Shown piece by piece: positions 13,901 to 25,302 of a stretch of DNA of 64,000 nucleotides; positions within the stretch are counted from its first letter, which is position 1, and each line of letters opens with the position of its first letter. The position numbers and the translations under genes are program-made. The notes below the pieces were generated by a model. The model ran no database searches. It saw nothing but the letters and a program-made list of their open reading frames with translations, and was not told the DNA's origin. The DNA comes from Takakia lepidozioides (Eukaryota; Plantae; Bryophyta): NCBI GenBank assembly GCA_030704615.1, contig CM060731.1:15004001-15068000 (forward strand), written 5' to 3'.

Positions 13901-15272
13901 ACTGCCAAGGAGAGGGATCGGATCCTACAACGAGCCAAGAGGTTCAGGTGGGAGGGGACACACCTGCTCCGAGTGTGGGAGGATGGTCGAGTGAGGATTG
14001 TGCCTCACCCAACACAGCGGGCACGGTTAGTGCGGCATGCCCATGAGGAGTTGGGGGCATTTTGGGTGCGACGCACTCATAGTCTACTGCAGGGGCAGTA
14101 TTGGTGGCGTGGTATGCACACAGAGGTGCAACAATTTGTGGCTAGGTGCATGTGTGTGACAGGGTGCGTGCTTCATTCAACGCCCCTACTCCACAATTGC
14201 ACCCTCTTCCGATCATGGGATTGGGCTATAGGTGGAGTTGACTTCGCAGGGCCATTGCCACTGACCATGCGCCACAACAAGTATGTGTTGGTGATGGTGG
14301 AGCACTTCTCCAAGTGGATTGATTGGTTCCATTGCCTGATAAGGCTAGTGAGGGAGCTGCGTATGCATTCTTGGATTGTGTGCTTAGCCGATTCGGTGCT
14401 CCAGCTGAGGTACTCACGGACCAAGGGAGAGAGTTCTTGGGGGAGTTTCAGGCTTTGTGTGACAAGGCCTTGATAGACCACCGCACCACTTCTCGGGATC
14501 ATCCTGAGGCCGATGGCTTGGCAGAGAGAGTTGTTCAGACAGTAAAGAGGGGGGTTTGTGCAAGTATGGCTTGCAGAAGGGACACCTAGGAGATTGGGAC
14601 CTTCAGTTACCCTGGTTAGCCATGGGCTACAGGTTCAGCAAGCAAGCATCACTTGCCTCCTTCTCACCATACTTTCTTCTCTTTGGCCGAGAGCCGGATT
14701 TGCCTACATCCATTCGCAGAGAAGCTGCTACAGTTCTTAACCTTGACGATCCGGACGTGTGGGCACGTGCATGTGAGCAGTGCAGAGTTGTTCAAGAAAG
14801 TCATGCCATGGCTTTGAGAACCTTGCCATTGCACAACACCGTGATACGTTGAGGTATGCTACCATACGTGGTGGGGGCTATCGTCCTGGGGTTCAGAGAT
14901 TCAACCCTGGTGACTACGTCTATCTGCAGCAGACTGCTCCTACGACCTGGATGTGACTGCAGGACGTGTTATTTTGAGGGTTTGAGAGGTCTTGCCCTCA
15001 GGCGTTGGTCTTGGAGGGTCGGGATGGCATAACTTGGAAGGACCATGTGCGTAATTGTGCGCCATGTCACCTTCCGAATGTCGATGGCAGGATGACCCAA
15101 ACTGGCAGTGGTATCTGCAGGTTTGAGGTGCATGTTGTGTGGGTCTGCTAGAGGGGCAGCCACCATGCTGGTGTGTGATCGATGCTCTAGAGGTTGGCAT
15201 ATGGGATGCTTGACTCCACCTCTTGAGATGGTTCCGGATGGGGATTGGTTATGTCCACATTGCATTGGATAG
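7969..15272 (+). pseudogene. G2 gag-pol polyprotein: Gag(2x CCHC, RGG)-PR-DNMT-RT-RH-IN-PHD, multiple frameshifts and stops
   Basis: CWTCGGPHVKRDC and CGHCGKYGHGDAQC knuckles; LLDSGAQ; LDLFGGI/ENV; YIDD; YSSYEGECLAAVWAVAHF; TDQGREF; CMLC..CDRC..WHMGCL..CPHC then stop at 15270-15272. Confidence 0.92.
10905..11860 (+). pseudogene. G2 DNMT3-like domain, inactivated
   Basis: LDLFGGI, ENV, HRPRLWWTNL, ERERAMGFP, RRQVLGQAMD; motif IV reads GWPSQG (Cys to Ser) and there is a TAA at 11103-11105. Confidence 0.88.
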
Positions 15273-15530
15273 TGTGAGTGGATACAACCATGGAAGGCTA
15301 ATAAGAAACGCAAGGCCCAGCTACTAGGAGACCTTGAACACACGAGGTCTTGGCTCAAGTTCACAGATTGCAAGACGGCGACTAACGATGGGGCTACTCT
15401 TGTACCCGGCCTCTTGGTCTATAGGGTTTGAGTGCAATAGGGACAGTGATAGAGGACTTAGTACGGCTGTGGCTATTACATCTTGTAGCTATCTGGAGTT
15501 AGAGGGACCTATCCACCAGCTAGGGGGGCG

Positions 15531-15973
15531 ATTAAGACTATGTGCATATATGTGTGGTGTGGTTTGGACAGCGATGTAGTTGTGTAGCGATATGTATGCG
15601 CACGACAGCTGTCAAGTTAAATAAGCGCAGTGTGAAAACAACTAGAATAAAGCTAGTTATTTGTATTTAACACTTGGATTTAAAATCAGGTGTCAAGTTT
15701 AGTTTGACACCTGAACCGCCTTATCTTCACGAGAGCGGCAGTCGCGTAGTTCATCTCTCTCGAGTTGAGCCTGCGCGACCGAGCTCCTTCATGCGTTTAG
15801 ATCTGAGTGTGCTATGATGGGAGTGTAGGTTGTTGTGGGTGGAGTCCCCATAGCTTGGGGTGCCCCTGGCTCGACTTCTATTTTAAAGAGTGATAGCGAT
15901 GGATTTCATATTTCTTGTGTTGAGAGTGTGTGCCCAGCGATGTAGTTGTGTAGCGATATGTATGCGCACGACA
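15531..15973 (+). repeat. G2 3' terminal repeat block B-gc-A-B
   Basis: PPT AGGGGGGCG 15522-15530; B 15531..15607; GC; A 15610..15935; partial B 15936..15973. Confidence 0.85.
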
Positions 15974-18157
15974 CGATACTTCTTGCCTGCCGGTCCACTC
16001 AAAGTGAAAATGCCTCTCTGGTTGTCTAACAAGACAACTCCAGGTGTCACCATGGCGCGCTCAAAGGCTGGCCTAGCTGGCAGCTCCGTCAAACCTGGCA
16101 GCTGCAGCTTGCTATGGCGCCGTGGCAGTCTTGACCCTCAAATCCGAGGATCCTCTGCCACTACAACCTTCTAGTAACTCCGCAGAAGATGAAAGTGACC
16201 TCCCCACTCTCATAGAGTGTTGCTGCTAGTCTGAACACTGCAGCTGGTCTTACCCCCGGCGTCGCAATCATGGTTGCCGAGAACAGTGGGGCTTGACACA
16301 CAGAGGTGGCTGCCCCAACAACACACCGGCTGCACTAGCCTTGTAGCCAGGTGTCAGTGCTGCACGTGTAGCTCTCCCCAATGGCATAGTAACCTCCGCC
16401 TCGGTAACAGTCGGGCGAGAACTAGGTGTCATGGATGGCGTCGACACAGTCTCCGCCAATGTGAATGACTGAGGAAGCCTCACCTGACGGCTTGCCTCCC
16501 CACGCTGTGGATCCAATTCACCTCTGCACCTTGTGGCTCAGGAACTCTTGCTACTCCTCGAGTCACGGCTGCCACAGACTCCACCTGCACTAGTGGTAGT
16601 GCTGCTCCGCACATGAATCCCATGCCTCCCATATCTCCTCCCTAGGAGCAGGAGGAGGACCATCCCGCCTGGGAGCCGGTACCACCTGAGCTGTAGCCAT
16701 GGCATCGAGCCTCTGCTCTAGCTGCTGAAGCCGGTTGGCCATTGTCTTGGTCAACACCCTGACCTCCGCGTCCTTGGCCATGTTAAGCTTGCCCTTGGCC
16801 TGCACCTCGTGCCCGACCACCTCGTCCTCTCTGGGCTGGTCCACCTCGCCCCCGGCCACCATTGTTCCCTTGGAACTGGCATGGGCGCAACTCAGGATGC
16901 AAGTCATAACACTGGGCATCTCCATGCCTATACTTGCCACAATGCCCACACTGCAACTGTGTAGGCTGTGCTTGTGTCGGCCTTCTGCCACTCTGGGCAA
17001 TCTCTCTTGACATGGGGTCCTCCACATGTCCAACATATCACCCCTAGTTGCTGTTGGCCTGCAAAAGATGCCACGGGCCTCTGCACCTGAGGTCCCCTGT
17101 AAGCTCCATGGAACTTGGGTTGGGCAACCTTGCCCCCCTGACCACGCTATTGGGCAGTCCCTTGTACCTGTTGGCTGGCAGCTGCACCTCGCAGGCATGT
17201 CCTTGCCAAATCCAATGGTAACAACTCGCTCCTCCACCATGTTGAACTCAATCCGCTCAGTCAGCAGAAACACATCCACTAATGTGGGTTGGGCCGCTTG
17301 TAACAGGGTTGCATCCCGCACCCTTCTCTTGAGCTCCTTGTCCAGAATTCCTTACCAGAACTGGACTGCCTGAGCTTCAGTAACCCTTGGGTCACACTTA
17401 TCAAGCACCTCATACGAGTGTAGGCCTCTCGCAAGCTTTCACTGGATTTGCGCTAGAAGTCTTGCAAACTTCGCAGCTTCTCTGTCCGTACACCTTGGTT
17501 GTTCCTCCGCAAATCCTGGAAGAACTCCACCACCGGGTTGAATCTAGGCACATGTGTTGTAATTGTGGCAGGAGGAGTAGTAGCACCTTTTGAACTGGTA
17601 CCACCTGCAGAAGTGCCGGCACTACTTGTTCCACTACTAGTGCTTGTAGTTGGAGATGTTTGTGTAGCTGCTGGTGTCACCGCTGCCCTTTAACCTCTAG
17701 TGATTGAGACATAGTTAGGTGACCAATACTCTCGCCACTCCTCAATCTCCACCGCATGTCCCCGCCTAAATTCATGGTATTCATCCATGGGCGGCCCCTC
17801 AAGGTGCTGGAATAGCCCTTCCACGCCATAAAGGGGGCGTAAACAGTTGTGGATTGCGCATTTGCTGCAAATCACACCAACTGTCAAACTCTTGTATAAA
17901 GTCATTAAGCTCGATGGTGCCCACAGCTCCAGAGTACCTACGTGGCCCCTTGGTAGCTCCATACATCTCCTCCATCGTGTCCCACAACAATGGCACGGAA
18001 ATGACTTGCACCCTCGGCGAGAATCCTCCTGACTCCGAGTCTGAACCTTCCTCAGAAGACACTGAAGGTGAAGTGGCCTAAACCGCACACCTTGTCTTGT
18101 GTACCCACTAGTATCATTGGTGCTTGTACCGGCACTCCCCTCAGCAGCTGGTGGCAC
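15974..18157 (-). pseudogene. G1 gag and pre-protease region, frameshifted
   Basis: YSGAVGTIELNDFIQEFDSWCDLQ, CGHCGKYRHGDAQC, NRLQQLEQRL; homologous to G2/G3 gag. Confidence 0.9.
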
Positions 18158-18940
18158 CTCCGTGATGAAAACTCACAACCCAGCCGGTTGTCAACCTGTC
18201 TCTAATCCCCACTTTCTACAATGTAACCGGGTAAAGAACCTGTTGCGGCTACTGGTTCAAGCAGGAATAATAGGTTTCTAACGTAGACTTGTACCTGCAC
18301 CTACATCCACCGCAAGCACTCCTATGGTCTACTGGTCATCAACCCAGCCTCACCATAGAAGAAACACTGGTGGTCTTGCTCGTCATCACTCCAGCCTCAC
18401 CACCGACAGCATACTCTAGGATAGGCCGATGATCAAATCCGGACCAACCTCCTATGAAAATAAGCGCCCACACAAAGCTAACATGGCGCACAGTCAAGCA
18501 TGCAAGTGTGGAGGGGATCCAAACACAAGAAAATCAAGACAGCAACTCCCCCACACCAAAAACACTCCACAGTGTCGCTCCTGCAAGGACACCCCAGCCC
18601 AAACCCGGACTGACTCTTGCCTCCACCTACGGAAAGGTTTTGGCCTACAGAGAGGGTGAAAGACTATGGAGAAGAGAAACTAAGGAAATTCCTAACCCCA
18701 AAATGCTCTCATCCCACCACTCTCCCTCCTGTCTCTATCCACTCGCTTGTATGGCCGTGGCAAGTATCCTTCAATATCCCTCAATCGATCCTTCAAGAGC
18801 TCTTCAACATTGTCCACCAAAGCTCCTCGAAGGGTCCTCCAAGGACCCCAAAGATCCTCCAAACACTCCTCCAAGGGCCCTCAAATATCTTCCAAACAAT
18901 CCTCTAAAGGCCCTTAAATTTCACTAAGTCCTTTCACTGT

Positions 18941-19421
18941 TGATACCTTAACAGAGGTATAGTCTGAGGTTGCTAGGGTCCCTTATGTTGATGATACCTT
19001 TATAGAGGTATAGTCTGAAAATGAGGGTTCTGTTTGGTATACTAACAGAGGTATAGTCTGAGCTGATTAGGGTCCACATATGGTGATACCTCAACAGAGG
19101 TATAAAAGGGACAAGCTCCTGTTTGGTATACTAACAGAGGTATAGTCTGAGCTGATTAGGGTTCACATATGGTGATACCTCAATAGAGGTATAGTAAATG
19201 GACAAGCTCCTGTTTGGTATACTAACAGAGGTAGAGTCTGAGCTGATTAGGGTTCACATATGGTGATACCTCAATAGAGGTATAGTAAAATGGACAAGTT
19301 CATGTTTGGTATACTAACAGAGGTATAGTCTCACATTAGGGTTCACATATGGTGATACCTCAACAGAGGTATAGTCAAAGGGACAAGCTCCTGTTTGGTA
19401 CACTAACAGAGGTATAGTCTG
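18941..19421. repeat. Tandem array, ~90-bp unit with two AGAGGTATAG-type cores (11 cores)
   Basis: Alternating GTTTGGTATACTAACAGAGGTATAGTC and GGTGATACCTCAAYAGAGGTATAG blocks. Confidence 0.85.
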
Positions 19422-21174
19422 AGCATACACTACTAGGGTTTGTAATGAAGAGCTAGAATGCAAGTCCTTGACTTCTATGCTTCTACTCAAGCAAAAATAT
19501 GGTCTCTAGTGGTCATAAGAGGCATCTTCTTGCTCTCTTCCACCCCAATGTGCAACCAAGAGTGGTCCAACTCAACTTGCAAGTCATTGTCCACCAAATC
19601 AATCCCCCTTCTAGTCCTTGGGATTTGATTGCAAACTACCATATCTCCATTGCCGAGCAATCATGCATTTGTCTCCTCATCACTTGACAATTGCTCCAAA
19701 TCAACACAAATTATCTCAATGTGTAGGAGCAATGCTTGTCACTTTACAATAATGCTCCCAAGCAATCCGCCTTGGATCCCACTCTCACGCCATATGCCTC
19801 ATTTGGGTCTTGCACCAATCCATCATCCATGTGCTCCCCGTGGTCATTTGAATGCATGTTTCATGACCTCTTGGCCTATGTGTTGCTCTCCTTCATCATA
19901 ACATAAATCAACACCTCTCCACTTCACACACAAATGGATCTCAAAGGCCTTCACCTCTTGCTAGTTCAAGAGCTCCCCTTCTCAAACTTGAACTTACAAA
20001 CTCAAGCGAGCATGCTCCACACATGCACCACTTGTTTGGTCAACTATCCACCACAAAGCTCGCACTACCAAGAGCATGAATAGCCAAGTATTGCCTCCCC
20101 CTCTTGTCACATTACATAGTTAGGGTGAAGCTATGCATACATTGAATGATGATTTCCCTTCAAGGATTTCCCACACATATTCTCCAAGCCCTTCCAATGG
20201 CACCCTAAGCTTGGCTCCACACCACCATGATTGGAAGATTTCTTCACATGCTCCCTTTCAACACCTCTTGAGCTTCTTAGTACTCTCCAAGTGCTTGCCC
20301 TTGTTGTCTTCAAGCCCAAGCATATATAGCTCCTTGGCTTCTCTTCCATAACATCCACACTTTGAACTTGCTTAACCCTAACTCGATAGTGAAATGAGCA
20401 CTAACAAGCCTTTAGTCACTCTCCACAAGCCATGGCGCACACCATCGACTCCATAATGCATACAAAGGATTTTCAAACCCTAGAATCCATGCTTCCACAC
20501 ACACAAGACTTCCTCCTTACAATCCTTGCAAAATCTTGTGACTCAAGAGCTTTCTTCTCAAGCTCTCCAACTCCTTGGTGCATGCAATACTCGAGCACCT
20601 TTCCTTGCAACCCCTTGCAAGCCTTGTGATACAAGAGCTAAATTCTCCTAGCTCTCAACCTCTTTAAAATACAAGTGCAAAACTAATCCTTACACTCCGC
20701 ACTCACAAGCATAAGGTGATCTTCTTGTAGTGATAAGAGATGAGAAATGAGAGAAGTAGAAGACAATGAAAGCTCTCAAAGCATGAAGCAATCACATGAA
20801 GAACAAGCCCTAGTCCTTCCAAGTGAAATCCACTCTATCACATAAACTAAGTCAAGCCAAGGGCACCTTTGCTAAAGGAATCCACCCTACAAAACCCTCA
20901 ACACACTCCCTCTCAATACCTAGAGCTATGGAGGTGAGAAAAGCTCATGGAGTCCGCTCAACTACAAGAAGATGAGCCTCCTCAACACTCACAAGGGAAA
21001 AACCTATCTCCATGTCTCAAGTGAGGCTCGACACCTCACTTGGCATGTGAGACCAAATGAAGTCCCAACACACAAAATATAAATATAAATATCTAAAATG
21101 TCCTAGTTAACTAGAAGTAGGTAATTCTAGATAACCATGACTAAAACCATGACAAGGGGGTCCCTCTTGTGACA

Positions 21175-21414
21175 CCTGGGAGTTGCAACCTCCACAACCT
21201 TAGTGCCCAGCCCCAGCCCCAGCCCCAGCCCCAACGTCGTCGCCGTTGTTGGCCCCCCCCCCTCTCCCCGCCAGACGCCCCAAGCGACGTCCTTGTGATG
21301 ACATAAACGGACTACAACACCATTGCGACCCCATGTGGCGACGCCGTTGCGACCCACTGCGTCGCAGCGTTGGCCATCCCAGTGACGTTTTTGTGAAGTT
21401 GAGGGCTGCAAAGT

Positions 21415-21447
<33 letters not shown>

Positions 21448-21854
21448 ATCATTGTGATGATACTGTTGCGACGCCCTGGCATCCCAGAGGTGCTGGGGCG
21501 GCCTCAATGACGCTTTGAATGCGACAATGAGGCGTCGCAATTTTTTTTATTTTTTTATTTTTTTATTTTTTATTTTTTTTTGGATTTGCGACGTTGGGGC
21601 ATCCCAAGAAAAAAAAATCCGTCGCAGCGAGGCCCTTTTTCCCTCTCATGCCACCTTGCGATGGCTGGGTGTCGCATTGGTGTCACAGCGGGAGATTGCG
21701 CCGGCTGGACGTTGCAATGGTGTCCCAACGGGAGATTGTGTCGTCGGGGCGTCGCAAATAAGTGCCGCGGGCTCGGCGTTGCAGGCTCAACGCCGCGCAA
21801 GGCGTGGGGGGGCGCGGCTGGCGTCGCAAAACTCCCCCCCCAATTGCTGTAGTG
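21175..21854 (-). mobile_element. CACTA-type DNA transposon end
   Basis: TGCTGTAGTG at 21845-21854 is CACTACAGCA on minus; many GCGACG/GTCGCA subterminal repeats in both orientations. Confidence 0.6.
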
Positions 21855-22109
21855 GTGGACGATATATACCAATTTGCTAGTCGAGAACGAGCTGAACTTG
21901 CTCACGGCCGGAGAAGGAATTGATTATGGGTGTCAGTCATGAAGGCTGTGACAAATTGTTCAGGGTGCGCCACAAGCACATAATGGAAAGGACGAAGCTG
22001 CTTCTTTTCGCATATATGCCCAACAGCGACCGATTTTGGTGCAGCCTGGGAATGTTTTATCGAAGTCGCAAGAAATGGTGCCCTTATGAGGGACAGTCCA
22101 GTAAGCCTA

Positions 22110-22464
22110 TGTCAAGTTAAATAAACACAGTGTGAAACTAACTAGAATAAAACTAGTTATTTGTATTTAACACTTGGATTTAGTTCAAGTGTTAAGTTAG
22201 GTGTTAAGTTTGAGCTTGACACTTGAACCATCTTATCTTCACGAGAGCGTCAGTCGCGCAGCTCATCTCTCTCGAGTTGAGCCTGCGCGACCGAGCTCCT
22301 TCACGCTTTAGAATCTGAGTGTGCTTATGTAGGGAGTATAAGTTGTTGTGGGGTGGAGTCCCCATAGCTTGGGGTGCCCCTGGCTCGACTATTATCTTAA
22401 CGAGTGATGCTGCTGGATTCATGTTGTTTCTTGTGTGAACAGTGTGTTCTTAGCTTTCTTATCA
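22110..22464 (+). repeat. G3 5' partial LTR (segment A)
   Basis: Matches 34340..34694. Confidence 0.88.
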
Positions 22465-22466
22465 CT

Positions 22467-22478
22467 CGAGAGAGATGA
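22467..22478 (+). promoter_or_regulatory. G3 putative self-priming primer-binding site
   Basis: 22464-22478 is the reverse complement of 22263-22277; it begins 2 nt after the LTR-terminal CA. Confidence 0.7.
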
Positions 22479-23889
22479 CGCTATCTAGTTTTCTAGTGCT
22501 AAGCTAGATACAATGTTTTTTTTTTAGCACTATTATAATATATATCTTGGGGCAGGAGTCCATCTGGCCCTGCTGTTGCCATGGGTATGCGTTTGTTGTT
22601 TACACATTGGCGTTGGTGGTGATCAGGGTGTAGTTATCCCTGTTTGTGGTGGCGGGTGCGTGCGGGGGCCCTGGCAGCCCTGCTGCTTGAGTGCTGGGGC
22701 AGGCTGAGCACCCAGTAAGCCAGTCGTGCCCAACTTGTGTGGTCCGTTGTGTTGCAGCCCAAGAAGGGCCATTGGCTTGTAGCCCATTCTGGCTTGCAGG
22801 CATATTGCTGGATTCACCGTGACCTATAGAGTTGATGATTTTACTTGGTGGGAGCGGTAGCTTGTCAAGAACCAGGTTGGCATGAGTGTAGAAATTGGCC
22901 AAGTTGGCCCCAAGTTCTTGGTGATGGAGTCTTGCAGGGACCACTGAACTGTCTGCCTGCACCTGTGTTGCTGCTTGTCCCTGTGCGGAGTCTCCGGACG
23001 TGCTGTCGACCAGTCTCAGCGTTGCGCGCTCGTGTATGGTGTGCGAGTAGTGAAGGTCGAACGAGAAGCAGAGCGCGCTGGATGGCGGGGCGCAGGGATG
23101 CACCATCTCTCCCATCCTTTGTTCCGCTGTTTTTATGGAAACACTTTGCTCATCAGTTTTTTTGGATCAAGAACCGAGGTGCAGAACAAGCCTTTCACAT
23201 CTTGTGGTGCTGGGGAGGCAGCGGAAGAGCAGAATGTGATTGGTAATGTTGGGGGACTGTAGAGAGGGATTGAGAGATGTACTCAAATGGAGCAGCAGAT
23301 TATGGTTTTCACTGATGCGTGATGCTTGCTTGCTGACCAGATTAAGGACTGGGTTATGGAGCTGAAAGCGGGATCCTACTTGTCAAGGCCCAAGTACGGA
23401 GTCCCTTCCAAGTGGTAGCTACGCCTCCTACGAAGCCTTCAGGGATCCCAACAAGATTAGGTCATAACACTTCGCTGTTTCTGTATGCGGGTATTCTATG
23501 CACCGTGAACTGTCTTTTGGCTTGACCAACACCTAGTAATCTGGTCGAAGAAGGGGCCTATAATGGGAAGAATCGCCCTTTTGAATATCTGGCATGTAGG
23601 TCAGCACTGGAGCATGGAACAGCGCTGACTGGAGTTCTTTAAAGATCCTTCACAATGATGCGACTGCAGCTTTGGCAATATGCTTATGTAGAACGTGAAG
23701 GAGTCTGTCAGGAAGGATATTTACTGACTCTGTTATTGTGAACTGGATTGTACCCCTGGTGGTTGAATGACGTAAGAGTCTTGGTTTTTCCTCGGAAAAA
23801 GGCTCTTACTGTCAGCAGCTTAGGTTGCTCTTTCTAAGCAGGGCAGGGAAGGAGGAAATTCGGGGTTTTTTCCCTTGTAGCTGGCAAGG

Positions 23890-24039
23890 TGCTTAGAATG
23901 GTTAAACAGCCATCCTCCGTCATCGGTTCTCTATATTGCCTTTGGAACCGTAGCACTACTCATTGCCACACAGATTGATCAGCTAGCTCTCGGACTCGAA
24001 GCCAGTGGACAACAGTTCTTTTGGGTTTTGAGAGCCCCT
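23890..24039 (+). pseudogene. Captured fragment of a plant family-1 UDP-glycosyltransferase
   Basis: Translates CLEWLNSHPPSSVLYIAFGTVALLIATQIDQLALGLEASGQQFFWVLRAP, the conserved segment that precedes the PSPG box. Confidence 0.85.
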
Positions 24040-24780
24040 GCCAGTAAACAAGGATCAGAGGGCAGATCTGCCACAAAGCCAGGCACATTGCAGAGTGGTC
24101 GAGGCACTCGTACTTCCGTGCACTGCAGCTGGGTTTCCACATAGCCAACGGGCTTGAAGAAAGGTTTTAGTTGGGGATCACTCAATTTGGACACTGCTAA
24201 GCTGGTGTGTGGGGCAGGCTTTGCAGGAACTTGCTTGCCAGCTTTACTTCAATGAAACTTGTGAGGGTGCCAAGGTGAACTGTTGCTAAGGGGAAATGAG
24301 CTCCACGACCTCCATCGTCACCACGGTTTTGTGTAGAAGACGGTTGGGATTCCAAAGCATGGTGAGCTGTTGAACTCAAATGAAATGGAGGGGAACAACA
24401 GGCACGTGGCCAGGGAACCTAGGAAACCATATAGAACTTAGGGAACCGGGAACCAGTTACCAGATATTTTGGGTGTAACTTTAAATTTTTAAATTTGAAA
24501 ACCTTAAAAAAAAAAAAAAAAAAAAAACCCTTTTGATCTAATTTAAATGATTTAGAGCCAAATTGGTCATTTTGTCAAATGGACTCTGTTTGACTCAGTT
24601 TTTGAGGGGATAGCTGCAAAAAGGGGAAATCTATTATCTAGACCTGGTTTTAGTTTTTGGGACTCTGCTAAGAATCTATGGAATTTTTAGAGTGTGAGTG
24701 TGCCATGAAAGATCCACAATTCTGTTTCTAGAACCTGTTCTGGTCTACATGAGAGATAAATCTGGGGATGTACTCCTTGT

Positions 24781-25302
24781 ATGGCTGGGGGAAATGAGGA
24801 CGTCATTGAAGGGCAGGTCTCTTCTCTTAGCCCGTGCACACAAGGGGACAGGATTTATGTTTCCCAAGGAACTCAGACTGATTTGAGTGGAGAACAGTTG
24901 GACGAGTTGATTGCATACTGGGAGTCAGGCATTAGCAGTAGACAACAAACTGCTGTAGTTGGCGTTGAGGGCCTCAATATTGCTTTGGACAGTCAGAACT
25001 CTGTTGGAGCCAGCAGTTCTGCAGCTGTAGGTGAAATACCAAAGTGGGTGAAAGCTAGGCTTGGAACACAGCCAAAGACAGCCCCGGGGACCAAGGTGTT
25101 CAGCCACAAGGCCGTGGTGTACTGGAGCAGAGGAGCAGGAGCTACACAAGTTTGTGCAATCAGACATGGTTGCAGCCGGACACGCTCTGCACAAGGCAAC
25201 CACGAGCGGGGGTTCATTGACAATGACAAGTTTGTTTTGCTTGAAGGAGATGCAGTCATTCGCAATGAGGACACCCGCAACGTCTCAAAGCTTTCGAGTT
25301 GA
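24781..25302 (+). CDS. Possible accessory ORF upstream of G3 gag, unknown function
   Basis: 173-aa ATG ORF; segment absent from G2; no recognised motif. Confidence 0.3.
   Translation: MAGGNEDVIEGQVSSLSPCTQGDRIYVSQGTQTDLSGEQLDELIAYWESGISSRQQTAVVGVEGLNIALDSQNSVGASSSAAVGEIPKWVKARLGTQPKTAPGTKVFSHKAVVYWSRGAGATQVCAIRHGCSRTRSAQGNHERGFIDNDKFVLLEGDAVIRNEDTRNVSKLSS

Larger units (their letters stand above)
4903..15973 (+). mobile_element. Gypsy-DNMT element G2, full length, permuted LTR structure
   Basis: Ends TGTC(4903)..GACA(15973); 4-bp TSD CGGT(4899-4902)/CGAT(15974-15977); direct repeat 4903..5241 vs 15610..15935; complete gag-pol domain set. Confidence 0.92.
1..21174 (-). mobile_element. Gypsy-DNMT element G1; 3' end outside the window; interrupted by G2 at 4903..15973
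   Basis: The halves rejoin across G2: GCAGTGGCCGGT(4902) plus (15978)ACTTCTTGC restores the KKYRPLR-LLDSGA protease entry seen intact in G2 and G3. Gag lies at 15974..18157 and PR-DNMT-RT-RH-IN at 4902..1. The 5' terminus at 21174 (TGTCAC on minus) is tentative. Confidence 0.85.

Noticed and set aside
15974-18157. A fourth independent truncated element
   Set aside because: Joins seamlessly to 1..4902 once G2 and one TSD copy are removed
18941-19421. CRISPR-like array of palindromic repeats
   Set aside because: The intervening sequences are themselves repeated, the context is eukaryotic and there are no cas genes
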